Shown here one piece after another: positions 1-64,000 of a stretch of 64,000 nucleotides of DNA; position 1 is the first letter of the stretch; each line of letters starts with the position of its first letter. This DNA comes from the human T2T-CHM13v2.0 reference genome, Homo sapiens, in NCBI RefSeq assembly GCF_009914755.1, contig NC_060939.1; one strand, given 5' to 3'. The translations under genes were made by a program, and so were the position numbers. A model generated the notes under the pieces. It saw only the letters and a program-made list of their open reading frames with translations. It ran no database searches and was not told where the DNA came from.

Positions 1-17432
<17,432 letters not shown>

Positions 17433-17993
17433 GCCAACCCTGCAGCCTGCGGGGTGAGGGTGGGGGTGGTAGGTGGTATGCGAAAGCCACTGTTAGGGCG
17501 TCCTCTATGCCTCCCCTCTTGTTCCTACAGCTAGTACTGGAGGAGGAGCACCAGCTGTTTCCACTTCTGGAAGGTAGCTGTTAGAAGCATCACCGAGGAC
17601 CTTCATCCAAACGCCACTCTTTCCAGGACAATTGGCAGCTCTGGAGGCATTGACACTGTTCCCCATCCGCCACCCCATCAGAGAGTTAACCCCCGACCAT
17701 AGGAACCCACTGGGCAGGAGTCTTCTGGGGCATGTCAGTCCAGGGCAGGACTGGTCAAGCCTCCCAGGGTGTGCCCAATGTCTCCAATGTTTCACCTCCA
17801 CCCGCCCCCAATCCGTCAGGCTCCGCTTCTCCTCCAGGAGGCAGGGAAGGGAAAAAGGTTACTGACCTGGGAGTGAGGGACTGCAGCACCCTTCCACAAT
17901 GAATCCCCCCTTCCCCAATAAACTCCCCTTCTGCAATGAACGCCTGTGCATGATGGGCGAGGGCTAGGGTCAGATCCCAAACTCTGGTCTAAC

Positions 17994-18195
17994 CTGTGGT
18001 TTAGGGTGGTGTTGGGTTCAGATGTCTTCTTTCCTCTTAAAATCTTTGCTTCTGTGCTCTACTTCTTGCCTTCACCCTCACTCTTCCAGCTCCGCCGATC
18101 CTCAGCCTCCCCGGCTGCACTCTCACCTTTCTCTCTGGGTCCTTGGTCTCGCCACTGTGCAGGTGTCGGCTCAGGACAGACCTGCGCCAGTGTGA
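17994..18195 (-). other. DUOX2: Probable non-coding first exon of DUOX2 (5' end approximate)
   Basis: Donor CAG|GTTAGA ending the exon at 17994; exon 2 acceptor gives an exon start at 17446, 14 nt before the ATG. Other donor-like sites occur near 18127 (AAG|GTGAGA) and 17867 (CAG|GTCAGT), so the exact exon is uncertain. Confidence 0.5.
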
Positions 18196-18345
18196 GCATC
18201 TGGACCTAGGGCTCACCCTCCTGCCGTGGAGGTGGGGCCCTTATTTGCATAACCTCTTCCAGCTCAGACCAGCCCCTGGGCTGGGACACCCGTGTGGCAC
18301 GTCGCCCACGCTGCTATAAAAGGGGTCCCGCGCGACTTCCAAACT
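18196..18345. promoter_or_regulatory. DUOX2/DUOXA2 bidirectional core promoter
   Basis: Short gap between divergent genes; TATAAAA at 18315-18321 (+, about 25-30 nt before the DUOXA2 5'UTR); octamer ATTTGCAT at 18243-18250; CACGT core near 18298-18302. Confidence 0.8.
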
Positions 18346-18476
18346 CAGCGCCAACCCGCAGAACCAGGAAAGTAACGGCTACAGACAGTGAGAAATAGTT
18401 TCGCTCGCCGGCTAGAAAAACTCTGTCGGTACCAACCCCAGAGCGTTGAGAGCAGCCCACCTCCACGCTTCCTTAA

Positions 18477-27036
<8,560 letters not shown>

Positions 27037-28474
27037 CTTGGTGAGGTGGTGCAGGGGGGGCAATGCTGTACAACAACAATAGACATTTATTGCATGCCCT
27101 CAATGTACCTGGCACTGTTTTTAGTGCTGGAGATACAGCACAGAATGAGCCAGACTAGGTTCCTCTTCTCTGGAGCTCACATTTTGTGCATCATCAGACT
27201 CTGCTATTACCACCGTTCCACTGCCCCTCAGCCATCCATCTCCCCATCTTTTAGGTGACAGAATGAGGGTCTTTGCCATCAGTCTCTGTTGCCCCATTCT
27301 CCTCTCTTAATCTCCAGGTTCCATAAGTCAGTGCTACCACCACCCTGGGGGCTTCTCTGTTTCTTCTGGGACTGTCTCAAGAAATAAAATTCTCTTCTCT
27401 CTCCTTCAGGCCCCTAGCACAGATAGATCACAGAACATAAAAGGAGCTATATTATCAGGTGAAGGCATGAGGTGAAAGATGGTACAGATTACAAAAAGAT
27501 TGGCTTTCTTCCTCAGTCCCCAAAGGAACAAAGGCCAGGCAGCTCTCTGCTAAGTATATAATCCAGCCACATCATCAGAGGACTGAATTCCAGACCTAGC
27601 ACTGCCCACACAGGTCTGTCCAGCTTTCTCAAGCACCCTGGCTCTTGTTCTGGTAACTGCAGAACAGTTGAGCTTCACTGAGTTCACCTAAATAAGCACT
27701 GAAGGGGCACCTGCCCTCTATCAGGCAGTGCTGGGGCCAGATGTCCTTCTATTCCACACATTACCAACAATGGCCCTTCTCTTTGATTCAAATTCCCAGG
27801 CCAAGTTTCAGCTCAAACGCTAGCTGTGGTCTTCTCTGCCCATCCCCTGATCTGAGAACTTGTTTGACTCTTATTTGTTCTTTTGCAGACAGGATATTGG
27901 GAAAATGGTACCTGAACTTAATGTGTTTAGTTAAATCTCAGACAGAATGGATTGCATGACACACTACTATTTTAGCACAAATAAAGGGGAAAAAAAGTCT
28001 TGCCAATTAAACCATGGCCACCATTGCTGGTGAGATGTACCTAATTTCAGAGATGTCAGAATGTGAAAAAAAAAAAATGCATCTTAGAGTCAATGATCCC
28101 AGTTTTCCTCATTTCATGCAGTGTGATCTGTACTGGGGTTTCAGTTTGCCCAGAAGGCTCCATAATTTAGTCTGACCACACATTGTCTTATTAAGCGTTA
28201 TAATGAAAGAATAAGCTTGGGAGTCAAGTAGCCCCAGAGGGTTTGAATTCTGCCTCTGCCTCTTGCAAGTTACTTGACCTTTACAGACATCCAGTTTTAT
28301 TAAAAATTTGAGATAGTAATGTCTATCTTGTAAGCATCATTGTGAGCATGAAATGAGATTGTGTATATAAAGTGCTGAGAATAGTACTGGAAACAAATAA
28401 GCTATCAAGTTGGGAAAGAGGGGGCATTTTGTTACTCCATTTATCTCTTTCTTCAATCTCTTTTTTTATTTTAA

Positions 28475-28883
<409 letters not shown>

Positions 28884-29179
28884 TAGTTTCTGTTCTTTAC
28901 TAATATTGTCATATTGGACAGGTAAGCGACAACCTCTTGAGTCCTTGGTTTCTTCATCTGTAAATGGATTTCATAATCCCCAGGTCCCTTTTAGTTCTAA
29001 TGCTGGGATCCTCCTAATATGCCCTAGCTCCCAGCCTTCCTCTCTCCTTCTAAGCTGGCCACCTTCTTGTGTTGTCTGTGAGAGTAGCATGGTGTCAGGC
29101 AAAGAGACAGAAAGACAGACAGTTTTAACTTCTAATCCTGTATTTTGGGCAAGTCACTTAATCCCTGAGTGTCAGTTTT

Positions 29180-30735
29180 AACATGAACTTTTTTGCTTTT
29201 TCTTAACTACTCAACTCTCCCATCCCTGAGGAATAGGCGTCTCTCTTCTCTCCTATTCTGCGAATCCATCCTCCTGGGCTCTAGCCATTCATGCCTGCCT
29301 TCTCCACCACCTTTATCATCAGTTGTCCCCCTTCCCATCATAGCGTCCCAGCTTCTTTTTCTCTGCTGGCTCCTTCTCTCAAGGGTATACTGAAATTTTT
29401 CCCACCTTAAGAACACACAAAAAAAGAACCTTCTCCCTTGATCTTCTTGGTCCCCTCCAGCTACCATCCTATTTTACTCTATTCCTGTCACAGCCAGGCT
29501 TTTGAAAAAACAGTGTATATTGGCATTTCCATTGCCTTATCTCTTCAACCTACCACAATCTGACTTTTCCTCATCCCTGCCTTCTCCATTAGGTCACTAA
29601 GTGTTAAATCCAAAGGGCAGTTTTCACTTTTCATGCTTCTTGACCTCTCTGTGGTATTTAACACTGCAGACCATGCCCCCTTTCCTCAAACTTTACCTCC
29701 TTACACTTCCATCACACCATGTTCTCCAGGGGCTCCTGCTTTTGGCCATCTCTTTGTGGCTCCTCTACTAGTTCTTTTTCCTCCCTGTTAAATGTTGATG
29801 CTCCCCAGGAATCTGTGGTGGCTCTCTTCTTTTAGCAGTATTCCAGATTCCCTGGGCAATCTCATCCATTCCCATGGCTGATGGTTCTCAAATGTCTTCA
29901 GGTAGTCCTCCTACCTGAGCTCCAAACTCAAAAGGGCCAACCACCCTGTGGACATTTTCACTTGGATGTTCCCTTGATGCCTGAAATTTTAACAACCCCT
30001 CAAATGGAATTCATTGTCTCTGCCCTGCTTTTTATTCTATTGTCTTTGTATGTTTGGCAACATCACCACTGGTCAATCAAATAAGCCAGACACCTGGACC
30101 ATCTTACCTCCTAAATATTTCTTGAAACTATCCATGCATTTCCTTCTGTACTGCCTCTGCCCTAACCCAAGCTCATCCTCTCTTACCTGGTTCCAAAATA
30201 ATTTTTTTTCTAGTAAGCCAATATAATCATTTCACTTCTCTGCTCTGGCTAAAATCTCATCTTCTTACTTTCCCACATAAAGTGCTTTATAACCCGGTTC
30301 CACCTATACTGTCTCCATCTTTTGCCCAGCCTAGTCTATAGCCATACTGAATGACTGACCTCTCCCTGAATCTGACACGCTCTTTCAAGCCTTCAATACC
30401 TTTGGATATGCTATTTCCTCTGCCTGGAATGCACTCACTCTCTTGGCAAATGCCTTTTCACCCTTCAAGTCTCAGTTTGTGTTCCCTCCTCTGTGAAGTT
30501 TCCTCTGATGCCACTGGGCCAATGTAGAGGTTCCCACTTTGAACATTCTGATTGCATTTTGAACATACCTTCATGATAACAATGATTACATTGTACTCTA
30601 ATTGTCTGAACATCTGTCTCCCAATTAGACTGTAATCTCCTTGAGGGCAGAGATTTCATCTTTCCATCTTTGCATCCCCTGGATGTAGAGTATACTAATC
30701 AGGCTCTGGATCAAATGAATAAATATGAATGAGTT
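29180..30735 (+). mobile_element. Degraded L2 LINE 3' region (approximate limits)
   Basis: Pyrimidine-rich L2-like motifs (aaatccaaagggcagttttca..cttcttgacctctc, ctcatccattcccatggct, ttggatgt, tgcctggaatgc, tagactgtaa.ctccttgagggcag) ending in aatgaataaatatgaatga. Confidence 0.6.
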
Positions 30736-33049
30736 CCTCTCCCCACAGGTGGCTTCTGATTTTGCACACAAGGGGGAGCTATGCTCCCTTATTGCCCTGT
30801 GCTAATAATTCAATATTAACTGAGTGTCACCAATACAGAGCTAAGGACTGGGCACAAAGGGATTTGACTAACCCTGTCAACTTTTAGTAATTTCTCAAAA
30901 TTTTCAGAAAGCCTCTTCCAATAGTTAGAGTCTCCAAGACTAACAAAGACCCAAACATGAATTTTCAGGTTTAATTGAATCAGAAACATACATCTCAATC
31001 TTAGCTGAAATGAGTAACTAAGAATTCGTGTATTAAATTATTTTATAAAATATGTGATAGTGGTATTTATTTTAAAGCAGATGTTTACTGACGTAAGAAT
31101 TCTTTATTTATGACATGTAGACTGAAGCTATTATATTTTTAAATAAAAGTTCATAGGAGGAAGGTCTATAAAATGTAAAATATCTTGGCTAATAAGATAG
31201 AAGATAAAGCGAGGCTAACAGCAAGAACACATGTGATACGCTGGAGTTCAAAAAGGAGTATTTTTAATATATGTGAATAAGAGATAATATAATGTATTTT
31301 GGTCAGGGTTAAATATTATTCCTGCATTTATTTTAAAGGGAGGTTATAAAAAAATTTACAAGAATGTTTCATTTCTATTAACATGTGCTTAAAAGAAACA
31401 CTAACAAAAGGCTTTTCGTATTTTAAGTATAGAACAATGTTAACTTATTTCCAGTTCTCCAAAATGTCATATTTATTAAAGATGACAGAAGCAAAAAAAC
31501 AGTTGGTAAATGAAATTTGCCTTTCTTAATTTCTTCTTGTTCCATTTCATAACTTAGGTCTTCCTTTATTTGCATTGCCTAATTTAAAGTTAATTTTTCA
31601 TGACCCTGACCCTAATTTTGTTTTCATTATTAAGCTAACAGGGCTCATGCATGAAGAGGTGGGACAGAAATGAGAAGACCCCACACCCCACAGTCCTGCT
31701 TTTCCTACAACGCTTGTGTTTCCCTGGGGAACATCTTTCTTTCTGGCTCGTCAAGTAACATCTGACAGTAAAATTAGTTTTAATGTGAGAAAATCTCATA
31801 TCAATATTAACTTGACCCACTCCTCCCCTACCTCATCACCATGACTAGGATGTATGCACAGTGTACATTGATATAAATAAGCAGACACAAGATACAGTCA
31901 AATATGCACCTACAAATTTAGATAAACAGAGACACAGACGCAAGAACCACCCAGACTGTCATTCTCAGTAATATAGACTTCATCCCAGGCCCCTGTGACA
32001 AAATTGGGATGCTTTCTCATGGGGTGGGGGGAGTTTCCCACACTTTAGGGTCCTCCTTTCTCACCTGGCCTAGGGAGGAGGAGGCAGCATCCTCCCTTTC
32101 CAGGCTCCCTTATGTACTGAAGACTTTCCTTATGCTCAATCTTATTATAGACACAATTACCCAATCCTTACCTACCACAGGTTGAAGTGGAGTTCCTATG
32201 TGTGTATGAGAGGTGGGTAAAACATAAAGTTACAATCTTTAAGAAAATTCAGCCTAGAACAACCTCCAGCCTTCTTCATTCAAAGTTATGTGCTAACGTC
32301 TTGTGGCCTCTCTTGTAGCCTGACAGGACTTTTTTCCTGAAGTCTTCCCCCTTGCCCACCTCCCCCATCTGCTGGAAACTATAGAGTAAGGGCCACTAAT
32401 TCTCCACAAGTGGGGAGTGGGTGACATGGCTGGAGTTGCCAAGACCTCTGATTGGTAATGCACAGCTACTGCAATGTGATGCTTTTTTCTCTGATTGGGG
32501 TAGACCCCATTAAACGTTTACAGCTGTGGCTAGCTAAGGGGACCCTGTCAGGAACTCCTGTGCTAGACTTTCCTCTTCAAGGAAGGGGTCTGTGTGTACG
32601 TGTGTATCTGTGTATGAATGTATATGTGTGTTGTTGCACAAAAATAGGAGTTAAGTGGAGAAATTGAACAAGATCTGAAAAGTGGATTGGAGGCAGGATT
32701 CCCCAGTAAGGGCTGATGTGGATAAGGAATTCAAGGGTGCAGAATCATGCAAGCCAAAGTATCCAGACTCGAGTTAAACTGGGATGGCGATTCGATGTCT
32801 ATAAACCTTGTGGCATTTATGGCCTTAAGAGGTTTTCCTTGCCTCCCCAGTTTCTTACCAAACTCTCTCTTTGAAGAACTCCCACTTGATCCGAACTTGG
32901 TCTGGATGAAAGCAGGAAGTGCAGCCCTAGGTGCCAGGGCGGGAGCAAGCACTTCAAGACCCCCTCCAAAATCACCTGGACCGCACAGATCTAAGCAGCC
33001 GCATCCCCCACCACCCACACCCGGACCACTATTCCCTACCTTCCCCTCT

Positions 33050-34260
33050 TCCAAACAGTGCGTGTGTGGCAGCCTGCGCCTCTCGCCTTCCCCCGTGGAA
33101 CCTCACACGAAGCGCCCCCGGGGGTGTGATTAAAGAGGGAACCAGGTCCCGACGTTCTGTGAACAAACGCGCGCCCTTACTCTCAGTGGGGCTCCCGTCC
33201 GACCCCCACTCCTCTCCTAACTCACGTAAGGACCCGGCTGTGACCGGACAAACCGGGTCTGGGGTGCTTCCAGTCACTCTTCAAGTCACTCCCAAACTTC
33301 TCAGACTGCACCCGAGGCTCTGCGGCGCCGCCTCCCTCTCCCGGCCTGGTACAGAGAAGGGCTGGGTGCGCCAGGACAGTAGTACCGGGGTCTGCCAGCT
33401 CCGCAGAGGTCCCTCCAATCCCCCCTCCTCCTCTGCGCCCCCCCACCCATGCCCAGCAATCCCAGCAGCTCCAGCGCAAACCTAGCGACGCAGTTCCGGG
33501 TCTGGCGGGGCGCGGGCGCGGCTCGCAGGGCGGTGGGACCCCCAAGACCTCACGAGGATCCCCGGAGGGAGACGTGACTCCAGGGTCTTAGAGGGGTTTA
33601 GGTCGGATGGGTGACTTGCTTTGACGCCTGGCCTGGTCTGTGGGTGGCAGGTGATCGATGGCCTTGGACTTGGAGCCCAGACCCGACGGTGTCGAGAGGA
33701 TCTGAGGAGAGTCTCCCCTCCCCATACCCTCTCCGCCTCCCACCCTCTCCCCAGCCCCATGGGACTTGTGAAGGCGGACTTGCTTTTTTCGCCGTCCACA
33801 CAACCGCACTAGCCGGGCCTTCGGCACCGACGGAACATCTCTACCTGCGCCCCGGGAGCCCTCGCCGTCTCACCTCGCGCGCTGCCGTCCGCTGGAAGCA
33901 CCTCCGCGCCTCCCCAGGCGCCAGACTCCATCCCGCCCCACTGCGCCCCGCCCCGTGGCTGAGCCGAGCCGGGCCGTGCCTTCCCCTCCTCACCCCCAGC
34001 CCCGCCCGTCCCGGCGCAGAGCTGCAGAGGCACCGGACGAGAGAGGGCTCCGCGGGCCCAGCTGGCAGCCAGGCCGGAGACAAGTTGCAGTCCCGGGCTC
34101 TGGTGACGCCGTGGCCGCAGGTCAGATTTGGGAGGGCTTTTCCCGGCCCGCGGGCCTGGGCGCTCCGGGGGAGGGAGCTCCAAGGGCAGGGTGGCGGGGG
34201 AGCCGCAGCTCCTCCACGTTATGGAAGAAAGGGGAATGCTAGCCCCCTGCGCCTCCGATC
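33050..34260. promoter_or_regulatory. CpG island, DUOX1/DUOXA1 bidirectional promoter without an evident TATA box
   Basis: Dense CpG; several GC boxes (CCCGCCC) at about 33930-34010; lies between the DUOXA1 coding region (-) and DUOX1 exon 1 (+). Confidence 0.85.
34016..34120 (+). other. DUOX1: DUOX1 non-coding exon 1 (start approximate)
   Basis: GC-rich segment just after the GC boxes, ending at donor CAG|GTCAGA (34120/34121). Confidence 0.65.
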
Positions 34261-35474
34261 TTATCCTAAGGCTAAAACCGGTCCTGTTAGGGCCTGTCCT
34301 CTGCCCAATCAAGGTTTTGAGAGACTGGGTTCTTTGGGACCTGGGAATGTTGGGTGGCCTAGTTTGCCTGGGCCTGCGGGTTCTTCTCCTGGCACCAGCA
34401 CAACATACCAGGGAGGGAGCTTTGGGCTTTAGGATCCAAGCTTTCCCCCTCAGCCCTCCCTTAGGACCAAGATGGCCTTGACCCATCTTCCTCCCACCTC
34501 AGGGCCACCAGGGTCACCACTCTAGGGCTTCAGGCTGGAAAAGCAGCCATGTGGGGCAAGAACAGGCAGGCCTGTGTTCTCTCTCTGGTTCTGCCGCTGG
34601 CTCTGCCTGGGGCTTCACTGCCCTGTCCTGGGCAACCTTCCTGTCAAGGTTGTTGAGAAGTTACTGCCCCATCGTTGTGTAAATCATTAAGGGCAACCCA
34701 CCCACAAGGAGTGGTTATTAAGCATGTCCACCTTCCTCTTCAGGTCATCCCCACACAGCCTGGTCTGAAAGCCCATTTCATGCCCTTAGGGGCTGAGTGG
34801 TACATTAGCGTTGAGGCCCAGGATCCTGAAGACATGGTGGTGGCGGGGGAGGGGAATGACATCTTGGGATCAGGGAAGGACCGCTGTGGCTACTTCCGTA
34901 TATCCAGCTTTACAGCTTCAACCATCCAGAGCCCAGCTCTTCATGCACTATTAAAGGCCAGCACCTGGACAGACTCTGTGAAATGCAGCAGGTGATACTG
35001 AGCTTTCCAGTTATGGCAGGGCCTAGGTTTTTTCATTTAATAGGAGATGGAGTAGGGATGAGGTCACTCCCTGGGTTCTCTCCTCTAGACAACCCATCCA
35101 GGAACCCTGATGTTTGGCTGGGGATGAGGCTTTCCCTGAGCTCCTTTCTTCCTCTATCCTAACCCCAATCTCCAGGTTGCCTTCAGGAGGTCTTCGCCGG
35201 CTTTAGGTACTCCTTACTCGCACTCAGGAGTCCCAGCCTGAGTCCTCTGCTGCCTCTGTTTCCCTGTTGACTCTGGGTGGAGAGAGAGAGAGCAGGAAGC
35301 TTGCACTAAATACATGAGCACCTGGTAGTGCATCCCTTCTGGATCCAACCAGAGGAGACAAGCTCCCGCCTACCCTCTCTATATCACATTTGCCCAACAC
35401 CTGTCACTTGCTTTGAATTAAACCTCCTTCTCACATTTGATTCTGGCAACCATGCTTAGAAGTAAACAGTTCAG

Positions 35475-35669
35475 GCATATTTGCTCCCATAGCTGGAAGA
35501 GGAAAACAAGGATCAGATTGGAGAAGTGATTTATCTAAGATCCCACAGTGGACTGGGAGCAGCACTGAGACCTCAGCCTAGTCTCCTGATCCCCAAGCAG
35601 GGCCCTGCCTAAGGAACACACTCTGCAGAGTGCTGGGCCAAAGCAGGGTTTTCCAACTAATCTTAGAAG
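35475..35669 (+). other. DUOX1: Candidate optional 5'UTR exon of DUOX1, partly MIR-like
   Basis: ttcAG acceptor at 35473-35474 and AAG|GTAAAG donor at 35669; the interior resembles the MIR core (gaggaaaacaagg...gaagtgatttatctaagatcccacag). Confidence 0.4.
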
Positions 35670-35988
35670 GTAAAGTCCATGAAGGTATGTACCAGGGATT
35701 TCTGTTTGTTTTGTTCGTCACTTAATCTCCAGTGTCTATGTCAGTGGCTGGTATGTAGTGGTGCTCATGAAGTATTTGCCGAATCAATTAAAGAATTTTC
35801 GGAAAGAGTGAGTCTCTTGAACTTTGCTACCTACTGTGACCTTGGCCCAGCCCCAGGCCTTGATTCACAGAGGCCTGCAGAGTCTTTCACCTGATTCTTC
35901 TGAGTAGCTGGGGCTCATTCTTTGCCTGTCTTTTTCTAGGGTCTCCATTTTGGGACATTCTAATCCCTGAGCCCCTATTATTTTCATC

Positions 35989-59936
<23,948 letters not shown>

Positions 59937-60361
59937 GTGAGGGCTTTTGGCTGTGAGCCAGGCCAGGAGGGTATGGGCAGGACATTTCCAGGGAGGCAAG
60001 GAGAGCTGGGACATTCATTCAATTTCTAGCTATTTGAAGCATCCTCTTCACTTCTCGACGTCCCTCTTTGAAGGTGGAGATGATAGTACAGGGCTCTCCA
60101 TTAGGATGACCCCAATATGCAGCACTTGGAAGCTCGGCTCCCTGGCATGGGTTTTGCAGTAGCAGCCCTGCCAGACTGATCTCCATTCCTCGCAGACACC
60201 TCCACCCCACTTCTGCCCAGCTAGTCTTTCCCCACTTTGGGTGGCTGGTTTTGGCTCCTGGGTGGACTACCTGCACCCAAGAGAGCATCACCCTTTTTGA
60301 AGAAACTTATCTTAAATGGGTTCTGCCACTTTTGTTCTGATCCTATTTTTGGGGGCATTAG

Positions 60362-60737
<376 letters not shown>

Positions 60738-61544
60738 AATCAAATAGATTTTTAAGACTCTACCTATCCCCTTTCCTTCTCCTTAACCTTGGCTCCTGCC
60801 TCCCTCTCTCCATGTTGCCTCCCTTCTCATGTTCCCTTCACCCTCCCCTGGGTTTCTCATCGGCTGCCTAGCTGGTTAGTTCCCGAGCTGATTCTGTGTC
60901 CCTGTGTTGTGGCTCTGCTTGTCTGCCTTCCTCATGAGCAGAGGCAATTCCCTAAAGGGTACTCTGAGGGCCTCACTTAGAAGCTAAACCAAATCCCAAG
61001 GCTCCAGCTGTTCCCTGCAGCAGAACTGCATACAGGGCTCTCCTTTGTGCCGAGACAAAGAGAAACTGCACCATGGCCTCGGTCAGGTTGGCTCCTGCCG
61101 TCTGACCTGCCTTCTCTCAGGTGCAGTTCTGTCCTCACTGACAGATAGGAGGGTCTGTTTCATCTTGCCTGTTGCTCAGCATTTCACAGTTCTGAAGATG
61201 ACTACTTAGCCTTGGCTTAGGATGTTTCCTAGAACTGATGATATGCGTTTCCTAAGAAACATCTCTTTCTTTGGAAGCTATGACTAATTTACCCTCTCTC
61301 CTCCTCTTCCCAATAATGAGTGGAGCCCTAGCATTCTCGGCTACTGCTTCTGTTGGGGGTGGAAATGACGTTCTTGTTCCTGGTGATAAAGCAGCTACTT
61401 TGAACTAGATGAGAGATCCAGAAGAGTGGCCAGGCAGGCTCCCTAAGACCCAGAGCCCTTTTTGATTTGTCCTGGGGTGTAGGCATCACTAGGATTCCAA
61501 GCCACCCTTCCTGCCAGCAGGAAAGTCAGGGGTTCGAAAGGTGT

Positions 61545-61872
<328 letters not shown>

Positions 61873-62433
61873 CTATGCTAGGCTATCCTCACCAGCAGTT
61901 TGGGACAATCTCATCTCAGGGAGATCAGGGCAAGAGCACCCTCTTTGTTCCCACTTGTCCCAGGCGTGACCACTTGACTTCAAGCAGAAAGATAAATTAC
62001 AAGTAAAGGACCCCAGTATAGACTAGACCCTGGGGAAGGATGGCCAGGCTTCTGATCCAGGCAGAAGAGGGCAGGGCTAGCACATCAGAGGCTGAGCTGG
62101 CTGAGCCACCACCCCATCCCACCAGCCAACAAAGAATCTGCAGCAGCCTTGTGGTTTAAAAGGAAAGCCAGCACAAAATAGGGTGTAGAAACAGAGCAGC
62201 ATGACGTCACCCTGCCATTGTACTCAGCCTGTTTGGATGCTCAGAAAGCCTTAGGGGTGGGTGTGGGCTCCACAATGAAACAGTGAACTTGGGGAAGAAA
62301 GAGCCAGTTCAAAGAAGAGCTCAGAGAGGTTTAAGTTAGTCTTGTAGGGAAAGGTTCAAGAATCTAGGAAGACTTAGCTGGGGGAAGGGAACGCCTGAAT
62401 GGGGAACCAGAGTTCAGTTTAAAAGCTATCTGT

Positions 62434-62765
<332 letters not shown>

Positions 62766-63878
62766 TTATGTACTAGCTCTCTGTAGGGCCCAGCAGCAGA
62801 AGGGGAGACTCTAATCTCTTCCTTAGGAACTTAGGATTCGCTGTGACAAAAAGTGGCACATGCATGAAATGATCAAAATGAACACTTGATATAGGATTAA
62901 TTGCTGAGCGGAGTGTTCCAAACAGTAAGTTATAGGAGTTCACTGAAGGGAGTTTCACTTGGGCTAAATTGGCTAGGGAAGACTTTGAGGAGAAGACTGG
63001 ACTTGGGCCAAGGGTCTGGGGGAGGTAAGCTAAGCTTTGAGAGGGCAGAGTGGAAACTGAAGAGCAATCCAGGTAAAAGGAAGGGCATGAGCACAGGCAG
63101 AGGTGGGAATGGTGATAGGATATTCAGGAGGCAGAGGGGACAGGGCTGGCTGCAGATGGCCATAGGGCATTAGGTGGTGGCAGGACATGCTGCTGGTGAT
63201 CATGTGGCAGCTGCAGTTGAAACTGAGGGGCTGTGGCTCAGCTGAGAGGCCATGCCACATGGCGGAGCATAGAAAGAGATGAGCAGAGGGTGACAAAACC
63301 AGGCTTGGGCAACACCCATGACTGGGGGTGGCAGAAGGAATTAAGCCAGTGGAGGAGATGGAAAGCGAGTGGCCCAAAGTGGGAGAACCAGTAGAGCATT
63401 GTTGCAGAAGTGGCGAGAAGGAGGTGGTCACTAGTGCCTCAGGCTTCTAAGAGTAGGAGCCAACATGGCCTGAAAAGATATATTTTACCCATTTGTGGGG
63501 CTGCTGGGCCCTCAGTGGGAAGGTCCTAAGGAGAGGTGGACGCAGAAGTCAAACTGAGCCAGACTCAGGAGCAAGCAAGTGGGAAGAATGTGACCAAGTA
63601 GTGTCTGACCATGTTAGACAAACTTATTAGGGAAAGGACCAGAGCTGGATGATACTTGTCAGTTATTACATGGAAAAGGGAGACTAGTTAGGTATTCTTA
63701 GCCTGGAAAAGGAGAGGATAAACTGGGGAAGCGCCTTTCCCCAACAGTTACTGTGTGCCTATCATATGCCAGGCAGAAACTGCTAGGAGCTTATAATGGC
63801 AAACAGTCCCTACCCCTTCAGTCCAGTGGGGAAAACGACAGTAAACATGTAAATGAATGAGGAAGCAAAAGTACTGTT

Positions 63879-64000
63879 GGCCGCGCGCGGTGGCTCACGC
63901 CTGTAATCTCAGCACTTTGGGAGGCCGAGGTGGGCAAATCATTCGAGGTCAGTTCGAGACCAGCCTGGCCAACATGGTGAAACCCCATCTCTACTAAAAA
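63879..64000 (+). mobile_element. Alu left arm, cut by the window edge
   Basis: ggccgcgcgcggtggctcacgcctgtaatc...ctctactaaaaa. Confidence 0.9.

Noticed and set aside
33611-34486. 273-aa (+) and 225-aa (-) ORFs over the DUOX1/DUOXA1 promoter
   Set aside because: Pro/Arg/Gly-rich CpG-island ORFs with no recognisable domain; typical artefacts.

Overview
Human-type (primate) genomic DNA covering the DUOX2-DUOXA2-DUOXA1-DUOX1 dual-oxidase cluster (chr15q21 by gene content). It holds DUOX2 (- strand, exon 1 to the start of exon 30, 3' end outside the window), complete DUOXA2 (+, 320 aa), complete DUOXA1 CDS (-, 343 aa, plus a reconstructable 483-aa form overlapping DUOXA2 in antisense) and DUOX1 (+, exon 1 to the exon ending at c.3702, 3' end outside). 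The genes form two head-to-head oxidase/maturation-factor pairs in a mirror-image duplication. I built the exon chains by hand from splice dinucleotides and reading-frame continuity. There are about 19 Alu elements or fragments, MIR/L2/MER remnants and microsatellites. The most unusual observations: (1) a ~137-bp inverted copy of the 3' half and splice donor of a DUOX1 exon, ~850 nt upstream in the preceding intron, able to fold onto that donor in the pre-mRNA; (2) patchy near-identical inverted tracts between DUOX1 and DUOX2, including introns, which could act as a promoter-swapping inversion substrate; (3) a paired 4-nt donor/acceptor shift that encodes Ser or Asn at DUOX2 residue 25; (4) a weak GC donor in DUOX1; (5) antisense dual-coding overlap of DUOXA1 and DUOXA2. 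Most entries in the six-frame ORF track are exon fragments, antisense GC-rich ORFs or Alu ORFs. Identities are counted by eye, and comparisons to reference proteins are from memory and need checking.
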